A stretch of DNA of 64,000 bases from an uncultured Piscirickettsiaceae bacterium (GTDB lineage Bacteria > Pseudomonadota > Gammaproteobacteria > GCF-002020875), in contig CAYFOR010000002.1 of assembly GCA_964344785.1 (NCBI GenBank), forward strand, positions 506 through 64,505, written 5' to 3'. The position numbers and the translations under genes are program-made. Under the pieces are notes generated by a model. That model worked only from the letters and a program-made list of their open reading frames with translations. It had not been told where the DNA came from and ran no database searches. Shown one piece after another: positions 52,380-63,043 of the stretch (the first letter of the stretch is position 1; every line of letters starts with the position of its first letter).

Positions 52380-54458
52380 TTGGTCAAATGGAACCGCCTG
52401 CTGGAGTCTTACCCGGAACAGATCAACGAGGCCCACCAACAGTTGCTGACAGCGTTGACCCCGGAGATCAATCTGCTCTGGAATGATCTGCAGCAGCAAT
52501 CTGAAAGTGGTGCCTCACTGCGTATTCGCTCGAAAAAGATCGACCAGCAGCGGCGGCTCTATGCCTCTATTACAGCCGCGACCCAGATCGGACAGAATCT
52601 TCAGTCTGTTCTGATTATAGAGGAGAGGCAGGAGGTACGGGATCTGGAGCGCAAGAGCCGACAGCTTCTCAGAAGGGTTGAGCGGAACCTGAAAGGTATT
52701 GAGGGCAATCAGGCCGTTGAGCATGGCGTACAGCAATTGAAGTCGCTGTTTGTGCTATTCGAGTACCAGTATGAACGGATCGATCAACTCAAGTCCGGGC
52801 GGGCGACCGGTGACCGGATTGCCGGGCTTCAACACCAGATGAACGAAGAGGTGTCCCGGGTGGTTGATCTGGTTCAGAAAATGGCATCGGATGAGATGCA
52901 GAACAATGATCAGATGTTGTTGCATGCAAAAGAGATGGTGACACTATTTGCCGTGTTGGCAATGGTAATCGCACTGACGGGTGGTTGGTATGTGAGCCAG
53001 CGTGCGGGGGTTCGAATGAAAAAGATGATCGAGGCGACCCGGCAGCTTTCAAGTGGGAACCTTGAGGCTGCGATCCCTTACCGAAGTTACAAGGATGAGC
53101 TGGGCGATATGGCCAATGCGCTCGAGGTCTTTCGAAATCAGGCATTGGAACGAAACCGACTCTCGGCTGAACTTGAACATTCAAAGCAGGTGCTTGAGCA
53201 ACGTGTGGTGGAACGTACCTCTGCACTGGAGCTGGAAATGGAGCAGCATAAACGGACCATGTCGAAGCTGGAACAAAATTCCCGCTACAAGACCGAGTTT
53301 TTGGCAAAAATGAGCCATGAGATTTGCACCCCAATGAATGCCATTGTCGGCTTGGGCGGGCTGGTACTGCAGACCGAACTGAATCCTCAACAGCGAGAGT
53401 ATCTTGAAAAGATGGACCATTCGGCGCACTCGCTGCTTCACCTGTTGAATGAGGTGCTTGATCTTTCCAAGATCGAGGCGGGAAAGATCGAAATTGAATC
53501 GGCTGAACTGGATATTCATACGTTGCTGAATAATTTGCAGGCCACACTCAATAGTGGTTTGGCAGTGAAGAAGGGGTTATTCCTGGAGGTGGAGATTGAT
53601 CGGCGGATTGCCAGTCAACTGATGGGGGATGCACACCGAATTTCTCAGGTTTTGACGAATTTTTGTAGTAACGGATTGAAGTTTACCGAGCAGGGCGGTG
53701 TCAGGTTGGTCGCCAGCCTGTTGGATGAGGATGTGGCGGGTCAACAAATCCGTTTTTCTGTGATTGATAGTGGAATCGGCATGTCGAAACAGCAGCAAGA
53801 GAAGATCTTTGAAGCTTTTTCCCAGGCAGATAGTTCAACCACGCGTCAGTTTGGGGGAACCGGATTGGGTCTTGCAATCAGCAAGCAGTTGGTGGCGTTG
53901 ATGGGAGGGGGGCAGATTGAGGTCGAGAGCTCTCCCGGGAAAGGCAGTACCTTCTCATTTACATTATGGCTTTCTCTGCCCCAACGAAGGGATAATGAAG
54001 TGGATGAGGTCGCACTGCCCAAACTGAGTGGCAGGTTGCTGTCCGGATTACATGTGTTGGTTGTCGATGATGTTCCAACCAATCGCCTGGTTGCCCGGGC
54101 CGTTCTTGAGGGACATGGTGTAGAGGTTGTCGAGGCTGAGAGTGGTGAACAGACACTGGAGCTTTTGGAGAGCTGGTCGATGTATGGTGATGAGACATTC
54201 TGGGCCGACTTTATCCTGCTGGATCTCCGTATGCCGGGGATGAGCGGTGCTGAGACCAGTCTTGAGATCCGCAAGCGTTTCCCGGATCAGCGGATACCGA
54301 TTATTGCACTGACAGCCGATGTGATGGAGGGGAGTCGTGATGAAGTGTTGGCTGCGGATATGGATGGATTTATTGGCAAGCCATTGATTTTTGATGATTT
54401 AATGCAAGAGTGTTACCGTCTTTCGATTATCAGTCCTGCCTCCGATACGGATAGATGA
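52380..54458 (+). CDS. hybrid sensor histidine kinase (TM-HAMP-HisKA-HATPase-REC)
   Basis: 692 aa; internal [26 protein letters not shown]-box [12 protein letters not shown]-box [14 protein letters not shown], receiver [21 protein letters not shown]. Confidence 0.85.
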   Translation: MVKWNRLLESYPEQINEAHQQLLTALTPEINLLWNDLQQQSESGASLRIRSKKIDQQRRLYASITAATQIGQNLQSVLIIEERQEVRDLERKSRQLLRRVERNLKGIEGNQAVEHGVQQLKSLFVLFEYQYERIDQLKSGRATGDRIAGLQHQMNEEVSRVVDLVQKMASDEMQNNDQMLLHAKEMVTLFAVLAMVIALTGGWYVSQRAGVRMKKMIEATRQLSSGNLEAAIPYRSYKDELGDMANALEVFRNQALERNRLSAELEHSKQVLEQRVVERTSALELEMEQHKRTMSKLEQNSRYKTEFLAKMSHEICTPMNAIVGLGGLVLQTELNPQQREYLEKMDHSAHSLLHLLNEVLDLSKIEAGKIEIESAELDIHTLLNNLQATLNSGLAVKKGLFLEVEIDRRIASQLMGDAHRISQVLTNFCSNGLKFTEQGGVRLVASLLDEDVAGQQIRFSVIDSGIGMSKQQQEKIFEAFSQADSSTTRQFGGTGLGLAISKQLVALMGGGQIEVESSPGKGSTFSFTLWLSLPQRRDNEVDEVALPKLSGRLLSGLHVLVVDDVPTNRLVARAVLEGHGVEVVEAESGEQTLELLESWSMYGDETFWADFILLDLRMPGMSGAETSLEIRKRFPDQRIPIIALTADVMEGSRDEVLAADMDGFIGKPLIFDDLMQECYRLSIISPASDTDR

Positions 54459-54516
54459 TCATATATTAGACTATAATTATATTATAATTTTTGATCTTGT
54501 GTTATAATCGGCATCT

Positions 54517-55809
54517 ATGGGCGAGATCAATACAGACGAGATACCGAGAATATTGGTTGTAGATGACCAACCCGTCAACCTGCAGGTGGTGGGTGGAATT
54601 CTGCGTGACCAGAGTAAGTATCGGATCAGCTTTGCACAGAGTGGTGAGGAAGCGTTGCGTCTGGTTGATTCACTCAAGCCCGATCTGATTCTGCTGGATG
54701 TAATGATGCCGGAAATGAGTGGCTTTGATGTATGTCGAGAACTCAAGGAGCATTCCGGGTGGGAGCAGATTCCGGTTGTCTTTCTCACGGCAATGGGTGA
54801 AACAGAGGATATTGTGAAGGGCTTTTCCATGGGAGGGGCGGACTACATCACCAAACCTTTTGAGGCGGCAGTGCTGCTTGCCCGGGTGGATACTCACCTC
54901 AGACTTCGCCGCTATCACCAGCATGAAGAGGAGAAGAGAGGTCTGGAGCGGATTACGGCCTACCAGAATGGTCTTTCCGAGATGGGGGCCTCTGTATTGC
55001 ATAACCTTGGTAATGCCATGGTAGGGGTCAATAGTCGTGTGATTCCGATTCGTACCCTCATCGGCAAACTGAAAAAACTCTCCAGGGCGCTGCTCATGGG
55101 ATATGAGACGCTGGAGCGTGAGGGGGACCATAAGGGACAGATTCTCGAACTGCTTGAGCTCAGTGCACAGCTATTGTCGGATGAGTATGCGTCGGAGCTG
55201 GAGGAGGATGTGCTTGAGTTGGAGCGTTCCATCCGTCATGTCAACTCCATGATCAATGCGCAGCGCAGCCTCTCTGGCAATGGGCTGACCTCATCACGTT
55301 TCCTGCTGGAGTCCATGCTGGGGGATGTCTCGATATTGGTGCATGATGAACTGAACGAGCATGAGATTGGATTGGAGATCGTGGACGAAAGCAGGATTTC
55401 AGAGGTATTTCTGCCTCGTAGCCCGCTTGGACAGGCAGTTGTGAACATGATCAGAAATGGACAGGAGGCGATTATCGAGCGAATTACCGAGGGAGGGCTT
55501 GATGCGGGCGCGGGAAAGATAACGCTCTCTGTCCGATCAGAAGAAGAGGTGTCAGACCCGCCTTTCTGGCTGTTGGAGATCCAGGATAACGGCGTTGGAA
55601 TTGCTCAGGACCGGTTGTCTATGGTCATGCGGAGCGGCTTCTCCACCAAGGTGGATGGAAGTGGTATCGGACTCCATAGTGCAGGAAATCTGGCCTCCTC
55701 GGTGGGTGGCACTTTGGAGGTGTTCAGTGATGGACCCGGTACAGGGGCGACCATTCGTCTGCGTCTCCCGGTCGAGTGTCAGCAAAACTGTAGTCACGCA
55801 CGGAAGTAG
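54517..55809 (+). CDS. response-regulator/histidine-kinase fusion (REC-HisKA-like-HATPase)
   Basis: 430 aa; N-terminal REC (ILVVDDQPVN..DVMMPEMSG..KPF); C-terminal ATPase boxes (DNGVGIAQD, GSGIGLHSAGN). Confidence 0.8.
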   Translation: MGEINTDEIPRILVVDDQPVNLQVVGGILRDQSKYRISFAQSGEEALRLVDSLKPDLILLDVMMPEMSGFDVCRELKEHSGWEQIPVVFLTAMGETEDIVKGFSMGGADYITKPFEAAVLLARVDTHLRLRRYHQHEEEKRGLERITAYQNGLSEMGASVLHNLGNAMVGVNSRVIPIRTLIGKLKKLSRALLMGYETLEREGDHKGQILELLELSAQLLSDEYASELEEDVLELERSIRHVNSMINAQRSLSGNGLTSSRFLLESMLGDVSILVHDELNEHEIGLEIVDESRISEVFLPRSPLGQAVVNMIRNGQEAIIERITEGGLDAGAGKITLSVRSEEEVSDPPFWLLEIQDNGVGIAQDRLSMVMRSGFSTKVDGSGIGLHSAGNLASSVGGTLEVFSDGPGTGATIRLRLPVECQQNCSHARK

Positions 55810-57632
55810 GCGCCCAGTTCCGGCAGGTCAATCTCGGTCAACTTCAGTGGCAATCGATCATTGAGTGCTGCAGGCTGCCTTAACCTCGCCTTGCACTCCA
55901 GGGCCAGCTCCGCAATCAGAAAGGTCCCTCTCTGTTTCTGGGTATCGACCAGTATCCCCTCTCCCTGCCATGATTGCTGACGCTGCAGCCAGATCAGGGT
56001 CCAGTGCAGGTTGGAGGCGCGTTCCGCCCGCCGGATGTTTCCGATGGTCGCCTCTGCCGCACCAACCCGTTCGGTCAGCATCTCACTGTCAAGCAGGGGC
56101 TGCTGTCTGATCCAGGCGCGGAGCTGCTGATGGGCCACCAGATCAAGATAGCGGCGTAGCGGGCTGGTGACCTGACTGTATTCCGCCATACCCAATCCGG
56201 CATGTGGTTCCGGAAAGCTTTTCAGCTGGCTGCGCTGAAAGCGGCGACGAAAGGCATACATCTCTGCAATGGTTTCAGGCGGCGGGTAGGGGACACCCTG
56301 TTCGTCCGGTTCAGGTGGTGGTTGAGTTGAGTAGGGGAAGGGGATGTTGTGCTGTTGTGCAAAACGGGCTGCTGCCTCGCCAGCCATCAACATGAATTCA
56401 GTCACCAGGTCCCGGCTTCGAAGTGCAGGGAGAGGCGTAACGGTAATCTCATCACTCACTACCCTGATCTTTGCTTCGGGTAGCTCCAGTCGAATGGCCC
56501 CCTGGTGAAGCCGCCGTTTCTGGTAACGCAGAGACAACTGATAGAGTCGGGAAAAGGGCTCCTGGTCGATGTGTGCATCAACCTCCTGATAACTGGTGCG
56601 GATCACCTGTACCCAGCTCGGTACGATCTCGATCACTTCAATGGAGGCGTCATCGGTGAGTCGAAAATGGAAGGATAGTGCAGGGGATCTGCTTTGCAGG
56701 CCAAGTCCCAACTGCTCAGTGACAGCGGCTGGCAGCATGGTGATGGTCTGTTCCGGCAGGTAGAGGTTTGCCCCATGGGCACGCGCCTGCAGGTCAAGAT
56801 CGCTATCCGGTGCAACCAGGGCGGCCACATCGGCAACATGGACCCAGATGGTATCACCGTCCAGCGAAATGGCATCGTCCGGGTCTTGGTTTCCTTCATC
56901 ATCAATCGCCCAGGCACTCAGGTGGGTCAGATCCATCCGCTCTTCATCAGGCAGTGAGGGGGGAACACCTGTGGCTGACTGGAGCTCCAGAGCAAAGCGT
57001 GCGGGGTAAGGGTTATGACTGGACGACCAGTAGCCCGTATCCAGTAGCAGTCGATGCGCGACTCCCGGACGCTGTTCCTGTCCCAGATCCCGCAGAATGC
57101 GGCTGACCTCACTGCGTCCCAGCGCAACCATTTCGACATCACTGAGTTCGGTATGGTCCTCTGGAGTAATCTTGCCCTCTTTCAACCGTTGCATGAAGGC
57201 ACGCTTCTGCTCCATAGCCGCCTGTTTCGAGGCACGTTGCTGCTTGATCTGTTCGATACGCTCTGCCGGGTGGGTAGATATCTTCTCCGGTGTGCCATGG
57301 AAATAGAGATCATCCATCACCAGTTGCCAACTGGACCAGGCAGAGGGTGGGCTGTACTCTCCGTAGACCAGCTCACTCAGTTCGGACAGCGGGACACTCT
57401 CGTCCCCCAGCAGTTCCCATGCTTCAGTGGCCTCACCATCAGCAGTGGTTGTTTCCAGTTGTGAAAGCGAACTGACAGGGCCCGGGTGGAGTAGCTGGAT
57501 ATCCTTGTCACGGACCCGTTTACTGCTGCCATTGGGGAGTTGCAGCTCAATCTTGTCACTGATTGCAGTGATTCGAGCTGGGCCACTCTTATAGAGTACC
57601 AGGCTGTCAGGCACATATTGGTCTGATGTCAT
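55794..57632 (-). CDS. RNB-domain exoribonuclease (RNase II/R family)
   Basis: 612 aa; RNB motif ..DPDDAISLD..IWVHVADVAALV.. Confidence 0.75.
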   Translation of the reverse strand: MTSDQYVPDSLVLYKSGPARITAISDKIELQLPNGSSKRVRDKDIQLLHPGPVSSLSQLETTTADGEATEAWELLGDESVPLSELSELVYGEYSPPSAWSSWQLVMDDLYFHGTPEKISTHPAERIEQIKQQRASKQAAMEQKRAFMQRLKEGKITPEDHTELSDVEMVALGRSEVSRILRDLGQEQRPGVAHRLLLDTGYWSSSHNPYPARFALELQSATGVPPSLPDEERMDLTHLSAWAIDDEGNQDPDDAISLDGDTIWVHVADVAALVAPDSDLDLQARAHGANLYLPEQTITMLPAAVTEQLGLGLQSRSPALSFHFRLTDDASIEVIEIVPSWVQVIRTSYQEVDAHIDQEPFSRLYQLSLRYQKRRLHQGAIRLELPEAKIRVVSDEITVTPLPALRSRDLVTEFMLMAGEAAARFAQQHNIPFPYSTQPPPEPDEQGVPYPPPETIAEMYAFRRRFQRSQLKSFPEPHAGLGMAEYSQVTSPLRRYLDLVAHQQLRAWIRQQPLLDSEMLTERVGAAEATIGNIRRAERASNLHWTLIWLQRQQSWQGEGILVDTQKQRGTFLIAELALECKARLRQPAALNDRLPLKLTEIDLPELGAYFRA

Positions 57633-57822
57633 GGAGAGAGGATACCGTGATTGGAAAGCAGCCGATAGATTGACATTGAGCGTCGGTGGCGTTACAAGGT
57701 GCCTCCAGATTGATTTGGGCGTGTTGATACGCTCTCGGACAGCCTCCTAGGGCCTTCTCTTGCAGTGGAATATCAGCAATGGCCTCTTAAATCCGGTACG
57801 TTTTTTTCCGGCAATAGCCTAA

Positions 57823-58305
57823 ATGACTGTGATGAAATTAAAAAAACTGATCGTACTACTATTTGTCGGAGCTGCTGTCATTGTGGCCGGCGTGGTGATG
57901 GTATTGAGGTATGAGTCTGGGGAAGCGTTGGAGACAGTGCGCTTGGAGGTAGTGGAAGATTGTGCACTGGACCGGCAGAGGTGCGAGGTTGTACTGCCGG
58001 ATGGGCAGCGGCTTCAGTTTGAGATGACACCGAAGCCGCTCTCTACCAGTGCGCCGCTGACACTCACTGCTCGCCTCTCCAATCCTGAAATCGATCGGGT
58101 AGAGGTGCTGTTTGAAGGCAAGGATATGTACATGGGATTTCTCCAGTATCGTCTGAAGCCGGATGGTGATGGGTTGCTCTATCAGGGGCAGGGCAGCCTT
58201 TCGATCTGTACCCGCAAACATATGGAGTGGTTTGCGGTCGTTCGCATCCTGCAGCAGGGCAGGTGGACCGAGGTCCCGATACCATTTGAGACCTACCAGC
58301 ATTGA
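57823..58305 (+). CDS. hypothetical membrane-anchored protein (160 aa)
   Basis: N-terminal TM LIVLLFVGAAVIVAGVVMVL; beta-rich C-domain; no secure family assignment. Confidence 0.4.
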   Translation: MTVMKLKKLIVLLFVGAAVIVAGVVMVLRYESGEALETVRLEVVEDCALDRQRCEVVLPDGQRLQFEMTPKPLSTSAPLTLTARLSNPEIDRVEVLFEGKDMYMGFLQYRLKPDGDGLLYQGQGSLSICTRKHMEWFAVVRILQQGRWTEVPIPFETYQH

Positions 58306-60191
58306 TCCGTATCGATCAATTTGCAGTGCGGCGTGGCCCCAATCTGCTTTTCCGTGCCGATGACCTGACGATCCATCCAGGGCAGAAGATCGGCATCACT
58401 GGCGGCAACGGCTGCGGAAAATCGAGCCTGTTTGCAGTGATTCTCGGTCAACATGATGCCGATGAGGGCAGCCTGTCACTACCTGGGCAGTGGGAGATTG
58501 CACATGTGGCGCAGGAGACCTCTGCACTTGATCGTACGGCCATTGATCTGGTGATGGATGGAGACCGGCAGATGCGTCGGCTGCAGCAGGCACTCTTAAT
58601 GGCTGAACAGATTGGAGATGGAGAGGAACAGGGGAGGCTCTATGCGGAGCTGGAGGCGATTGATGGCTTCAATGCACGCACCCGGGCGGCAAAGCTGATG
58701 CAGGGGTTGGGTTTCAGTGTGGATCAGGAGATGCTACCCGTTCACTCGTTTTCAGGCGGATGGAGGATGCGTCTCAATCTGGCCCAGGCCCTGATGGCGC
58801 GCTCTGACCTGTTGTTGCTGGATGAACCGACCAACCATCTGGATCTTGATGCGGTGTTCTGGCTTGAGGCGTGGCTCAAACAGTACCGGGGTACACTACT
58901 GTTGATCTCGCATGATCGCGATGTGCTGGATCGGGTGGTGGATGGCATCATCCATATCGAACATCAGCAGATGAGTTTGAATACGGGAAACTACAGCGCC
59001 TTTGAACGGGTCCGTGCCGAGCGAATGGCTCAGCAACAGTCGGCCTGGGTACGGCAGCAGTGTGAACGGGAGCAGATCCATCGGTTTGTGGAGCGATTTC
59101 GGGCAAAGGCGACCAAGGCGAAACAGGTACAGAGTCGGATCAAGGCGCTGGAACGAATGGAGGAGATCGCCCCGGCACATGTCGACTCTCCGTTTACCTT
59201 TCACTTCTTCGAACCGGAGAAAAACCCCTATCCTTTGCTCAGGATTGAACAGTGTCGGGCCGGATATGGTGACGTTGTGGTTTTGGACGATGTTTCGATC
59301 ACCCTGAATCCGGGGGATCGGCTGGCATTGCTGGGACGAAACGGGGCAGGGAAATCGACCCTGATGAAACTGCTGTCAAGCAGAGATACCTTGATACAGG
59401 GAGAACGTAGTGAAGCACAGGCGCTCACGATCGGCTATTTTGCCCAGCATCAGTTGGAACAACTGGATCTAAACGCTTCACCGCTGCTGCATCTGCAACG
59501 AAATCATCCGAACGAAACGGAACAGTCGCTACGTGACTATCTGGGAAGCTTCGCCTTTCATGGCGATCAGGTGCTGGAGCCGGTTGCCCCGCTGTCCGGT
59601 GGTGAGAAGGCACGGCTGGTACTGGCGCTGATCATTCGTCAATGTCCCAACCTGCTGCTGCTGGACGAGCCGACCAATCACCTCGATCTGGAGATGCGGC
59701 ATGCACTGACTGTTGCACTGCAGAATTTCCAGGGGGCACTGGTCGTGGTCTCACATGATCGATATCTGCTGGAGGGGGTGGCAGACCGGTTTCTGATCGT
59801 GGCCAACGGGCAGGTTGAGCCCTTTAAGGGGGACCTGGATGACTATGCTCGCTGGTTGCGCAGCAGTGCCGCCGAACCCTTGGTCACAGCAGCAGAAGAG
59901 CCAGTGGCCCTTCGGTCAGGCTCAAGAAAAGAGCAGCGTCGCTTGGAGGCGGAACAGCGGCAGCGACTGGCGCCACTCAAACGGGAGATTGACAAAGTGG
60001 AGAAACAGGTTGACAGGTTGGAGCAGCAGATTGCCGAGATTGATCAACAGTTAGCCGACCCGGGCATCTACCAGGCAAATGAAAAAAAGAGGCTGACCGA
60101 GTTGCTGCAGCGAAAGGGAGAGGTTCAGCCGCAGCTGGAGAGCAGTGAAGAGCAGTTGCTGGAGCTGTATGAGGCGCTGGAGGCGCAATAG
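58302..60191 (+). CDS. yheS: ABC-F family ATPase (YheS-like)
   Basis: 629 aa; two ABC domains (GNGCGKSS.., LSGGWRMRLNLA.., LLLDEPTNHLD) and a C-terminal coiled coil; colinear with YheS. Confidence 0.85.
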   Translation: MIRIDQFAVRRGPNLLFRADDLTIHPGQKIGITGGNGCGKSSLFAVILGQHDADEGSLSLPGQWEIAHVAQETSALDRTAIDLVMDGDRQMRRLQQALLMAEQIGDGEEQGRLYAELEAIDGFNARTRAAKLMQGLGFSVDQEMLPVHSFSGGWRMRLNLAQALMARSDLLLLDEPTNHLDLDAVFWLEAWLKQYRGTLLLISHDRDVLDRVVDGIIHIEHQQMSLNTGNYSAFERVRAERMAQQQSAWVRQQCEREQIHRFVERFRAKATKAKQVQSRIKALERMEEIAPAHVDSPFTFHFFEPEKNPYPLLRIEQCRAGYGDVVVLDDVSITLNPGDRLALLGRNGAGKSTLMKLLSSRDTLIQGERSEAQALTIGYFAQHQLEQLDLNASPLLHLQRNHPNETEQSLRDYLGSFAFHGDQVLEPVAPLSGGEKARLVLALIIRQCPNLLLLDEPTNHLDLEMRHALTVALQNFQGALVVVSHDRYLLEGVADRFLIVANGQVEPFKGDLDDYARWLRSSAAEPLVTAAEEPVALRSGSRKEQRRLEAEQRQRLAPLKREIDKVEKQVDRLEQQIAEIDQQLADPGIYQANEKKRLTELLQRKGEVQPQLESSEEQLLELYEALEAQ

Positions 60192-60242
60192 TGTGATGTG
60201 CCGATAGGAGGCTCTGGCCGCAAGGAGTCTCTGTTGTACGGG

Positions 60243-60923
60243 TTACAGCTGCCATTTGATTGGAGTGAGTCCATGCTCCTTCAGGTATTGGTTGGTCTGG
60301 GAAAAGGGCCTGCTGCCAAAGAAGCCGCGATGGGCAGAGAGTGGAGAAGGGTGTGGTGAGCGGATCACCAAGTGACGTTTGCGATCAATTTTTGCCCCCT
60401 TTTTCTGCGCGTAACCGCCCCAGAGGATAAAGACCAGGTGTTCACGCTCACGATTCAGGTGTTCAATGGCGGCATCGGTGAAGATCTCCCAACCCTTGCC
60501 CTGATGAGCCCCGGCACGCCCGGACTCCACGGTCAATACCGCATTGAGAAGCAAAACTCCCTGGCTCGCCCATGGAATCAGGGTGCCGTGCTCATTGTGA
60601 ATACCCAGATCGGACGCCAGCTCCTTGTAGATATTGACCAGGGATGGCGGAATGGTGATGCCGGGCTGTACCGAAAAGCAGAGTCCATGGGCCTGACCGG
60701 GACCGTGGTAGGGGTCCTGGCCGATGATCACCACCTTGACCTGATCAAACGGGGTGTGGTCGAAGGCGTTGAACCACTGGTTGGCCGGTGGCAGGACGGT
60801 GGCCCCCTGTGATCTGCGCTGTAGTAGAAACTGACGAAGCTCGACCATATAGGGCTGGTCAAACTCCGGCAATAGCATCTGTTTCCAGCTCTCTTCCAGT
60901 TTGATCTGATTGGGATTGACCAT
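60243..60923 (-). CDS. ung: uracil-DNA glycosylase
   Basis: 226 aa; GQDPYHGPGQAHGLCFSV and HPSPLS motifs. Confidence 0.9.
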   Translation of the reverse strand: MVNPNQIKLEESWKQMLLPEFDQPYMVELRQFLLQRRSQGATVLPPANQWFNAFDHTPFDQVKVVIIGQDPYHGPGQAHGLCFSVQPGITIPPSLVNIYKELASDLGIHNEHGTLIPWASQGVLLLNAVLTVESGRAGAHQGKGWEIFTDAAIEHLNREREHLVFILWGGYAQKKGAKIDRKRHLVIRSPHPSPLSAHRGFFGSRPFSQTNQYLKEHGLTPIKWQL

Positions 60924-60927
60924 GGTG

Positions 60928-61140
60928 TTAATAGTGGGGTGGGGGCGTCTCTTCAGATAGTGGTTTGATCAACGAAGGCGTCAGCTCCCGAATTTGCTGC
61001 TCGGACTGACTGAGGCGCTGATTCAGTATCATCACTTCATGCTGCAACTGTGCAACCGTATCATTGAGTTGCTGGATATGGTCATCCTGGAAGGCCAGAC
61101 GGCTCTCCAGCAGCTCCAGCCGGTTTTCCATGTCATTCAT
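60928..61140 (-). CDS. slyX: SlyX-family protein
   Basis: 70-aa coiled-coil MNDMENRLELLESRLAFQDDHIQQLNDTVAQ.. Confidence 0.7.
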   Translation of the reverse strand: MNDMENRLELLESRLAFQDDHIQQLNDTVAQLQHEVMILNQRLSQSEQQIRELTPSLIKPLSEETPPPHY

Positions 61141-63022
61141 TGTTCATCTCCTCCAACGTCTCCCAGCGCTGGTAGGCTTCTTCCAGTTCTTGCTCCAATG
61201 TCTGTAGCTGGTCGGTTACGCTCGCTACTTCGTCACCACTTTGCTGGTAGAAGGCAGGATCGGCCAGTTTCTCCTGAAGTTGGGACTGCTTCTCTTCCAG
61301 CGCTTCAATCTGTCTGGGCAGAGACTCCAGTTCTCGTTTCTCCTTGTACCCCATCTTTTTCACGCTTGAACCGGCTTTTTGCCTTGCAGCCGACTTTTCC
61401 GCTGAGGGCTTTTGCAGTGGCTGCTCTGCAGTCTTGCGTTGCCGCAGCCAGTCGTCATAGCCACCCACATATTCGTTGATGACACCCTCTCCCTCAAAAA
61501 CCAGTGTACTGGTGACCACATTGTTCAAGAAAGCCCGGTCATGACTGACCAGCAGCAGTGTTCCCTCGTATTCCAGCAACAGCTCTTCCAGAAGCTCCAG
61601 TGTCTCCACGTCCAGGTCATTGGTGGGCTCATCCATTACCAGCAGGTTGGCAGGTTTGGAGAAGAGTCGGGCCAGTAGCAGCCGGTTGCGTTCTCCACCG
61701 GAGAGGCTGCTGACCGGGCTGCGGGTGCGTTTGGGTGAGAAAAGAAAATCCTGCAGATAGCTGATGACATGGCGGCTCTTGCCATTGATGGTGACGTTGT
61801 CACTGCCGTCGGCAACACTATCCTGTACTGTCTGCTCCTCTTTAAGCTGGTTCCGTAACTGGTCGAAGTAGGCAATCTGCAGCCTTGTACCGTGCCGGAC
61901 CTCGCCACTGTCCGGTTTCAGTTCATCCAGCAGAATGCGCAGCAGGGTGCTTTTGCCGACTCCGTTGGGGCCGATGATACCGATCCGGTCGCTGCGTTCA
62001 ATCTCAACCGTGAGATTACGGATGAGCGGGGCGTCCTGATAGCGGTGGGAGAGCCCCTTGGCGCGAATCACCTTCTTCCCCGATGCCTCGGCCTGCTGAC
62101 TGCCCATTCGGGCATTGCCGCTGCGTTCACGGCGTTGGCTGCGTTCCTCGCGCATCTTTTTCAGGGCACGTACCCGCCCCTCGTTGCGGGTGCGGCGTGC
62201 CTTAATCCCCTGACGAATCCACACCTCTTCCTGAGCCAGCTTTTTGTCAAACAGTGCATTGGTGCGTGCCTCCTCTTCCAGTGCCTTGGCTTTCTGTTGC
62301 AGATAGCTGTCGTAGTTGCCGGGCCAACTGGTGAGGGTGCCGCGATCCAGTTCGATGATTCGGGTCGCCAGGCGGCGCAGGAAGGCGCGGTCGTGGGTGA
62401 TGAAGAGCAGGGTGGTCTGGCTGCCCAACAGAAACTCCTCCAGCCACTGAATCGATTCGATATCCAGATGGTTGGTTGGCTCATCCAGCAGCAACAGGTC
62501 CGGGTTCTGCACCAGGGCCTGGGCCAACAGCACCCGCCGCTTCATGCCGCCGGAGAGGCTGGCAAACGGCGCCTCCGGGTCGAGCCCCATTTTCGAAAGA
62601 GTGGTCTCGATCTGTTGCTGCAGATTCCAGCCATGTGCCGCTTCAATCTGCTGTTGTACCTGAGCCATCTTCTGCAACAGGGCATCACTCTGGTCTGTCG
62701 CCAACTGCAGTGAGAGGTGGTGATATTCTGCAATCTGCCGACCCATCTCCCCAACCCCTTCGGCAGTGACATCATAGATGGTGCCGCTTACCTCCCTTGG
62801 AACCTCCTGCTTGAGTCGGGCGATCCGGGTGGCACCACGTTCCATGGCACCATCCTCCGGGATCACATCACCGGCAATCACCTTCAACAGGGTCGATTTT
62901 CCGGTACCGTTGCGTCCCACCAGACAGAGTCGTTCCCCTTTCTCGATCACCAGATCGGCGTGATCAAGCAGGGGAAGGTCGCCATAGGCGAGCTGGATAT
63001 CCTGTAACTGCAGAAGAGGCAT
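61133..63022 (-). CDS. uup: ABC-F family ATPase (Uup-like)
   Basis: 629 aa; MPLLQLQDIQLAYGDLPLLDHADLVIEKGERLCLVGRNGTGKSTLLK.. colinear with Uup; C-terminal coiled coil. Confidence 0.85.
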   Translation of the reverse strand: MPLLQLQDIQLAYGDLPLLDHADLVIEKGERLCLVGRNGTGKSTLLKVIAGDVIPEDGAMERGATRIARLKQEVPREVSGTIYDVTAEGVGEMGRQIAEYHHLSLQLATDQSDALLQKMAQVQQQIEAAHGWNLQQQIETTLSKMGLDPEAPFASLSGGMKRRVLLAQALVQNPDLLLLDEPTNHLDIESIQWLEEFLLGSQTTLLFITHDRAFLRRLATRIIELDRGTLTSWPGNYDSYLQQKAKALEEEARTNALFDKKLAQEEVWIRQGIKARRTRNEGRVRALKKMREERSQRRERSGNARMGSQQAEASGKKVIRAKGLSHRYQDAPLIRNLTVEIERSDRIGIIGPNGVGKSTLLRILLDELKPDSGEVRHGTRLQIAYFDQLRNQLKEEQTVQDSVADGSDNVTINGKSRHVISYLQDFLFSPKRTRSPVSSLSGGERNRLLLARLFSKPANLLVMDEPTNDLDVETLELLEELLLEYEGTLLLVSHDRAFLNNVVTSTLVFEGEGVINEYVGGYDDWLRQRKTAEQPLQKPSAEKSAARQKAGSSVKKMGYKEKRELESLPRQIEALEEKQSQLQEKLADPAFYQQSGDEVASVTDQLQTLEQELEEAYQRWETLEEMNNE

Positions 63023-63043
63023 CAGTAAGGCTACTCGGCAAAT

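Noticed and set aside
54459-54516. Multiple TATAAT-like boxes in the AT-rich spacer before the REC-kinase gene
   Set aside because: Several overlapping candidates and no clear -35 partner at correct spacing; cannot pick a specific promoter from sequence alone.
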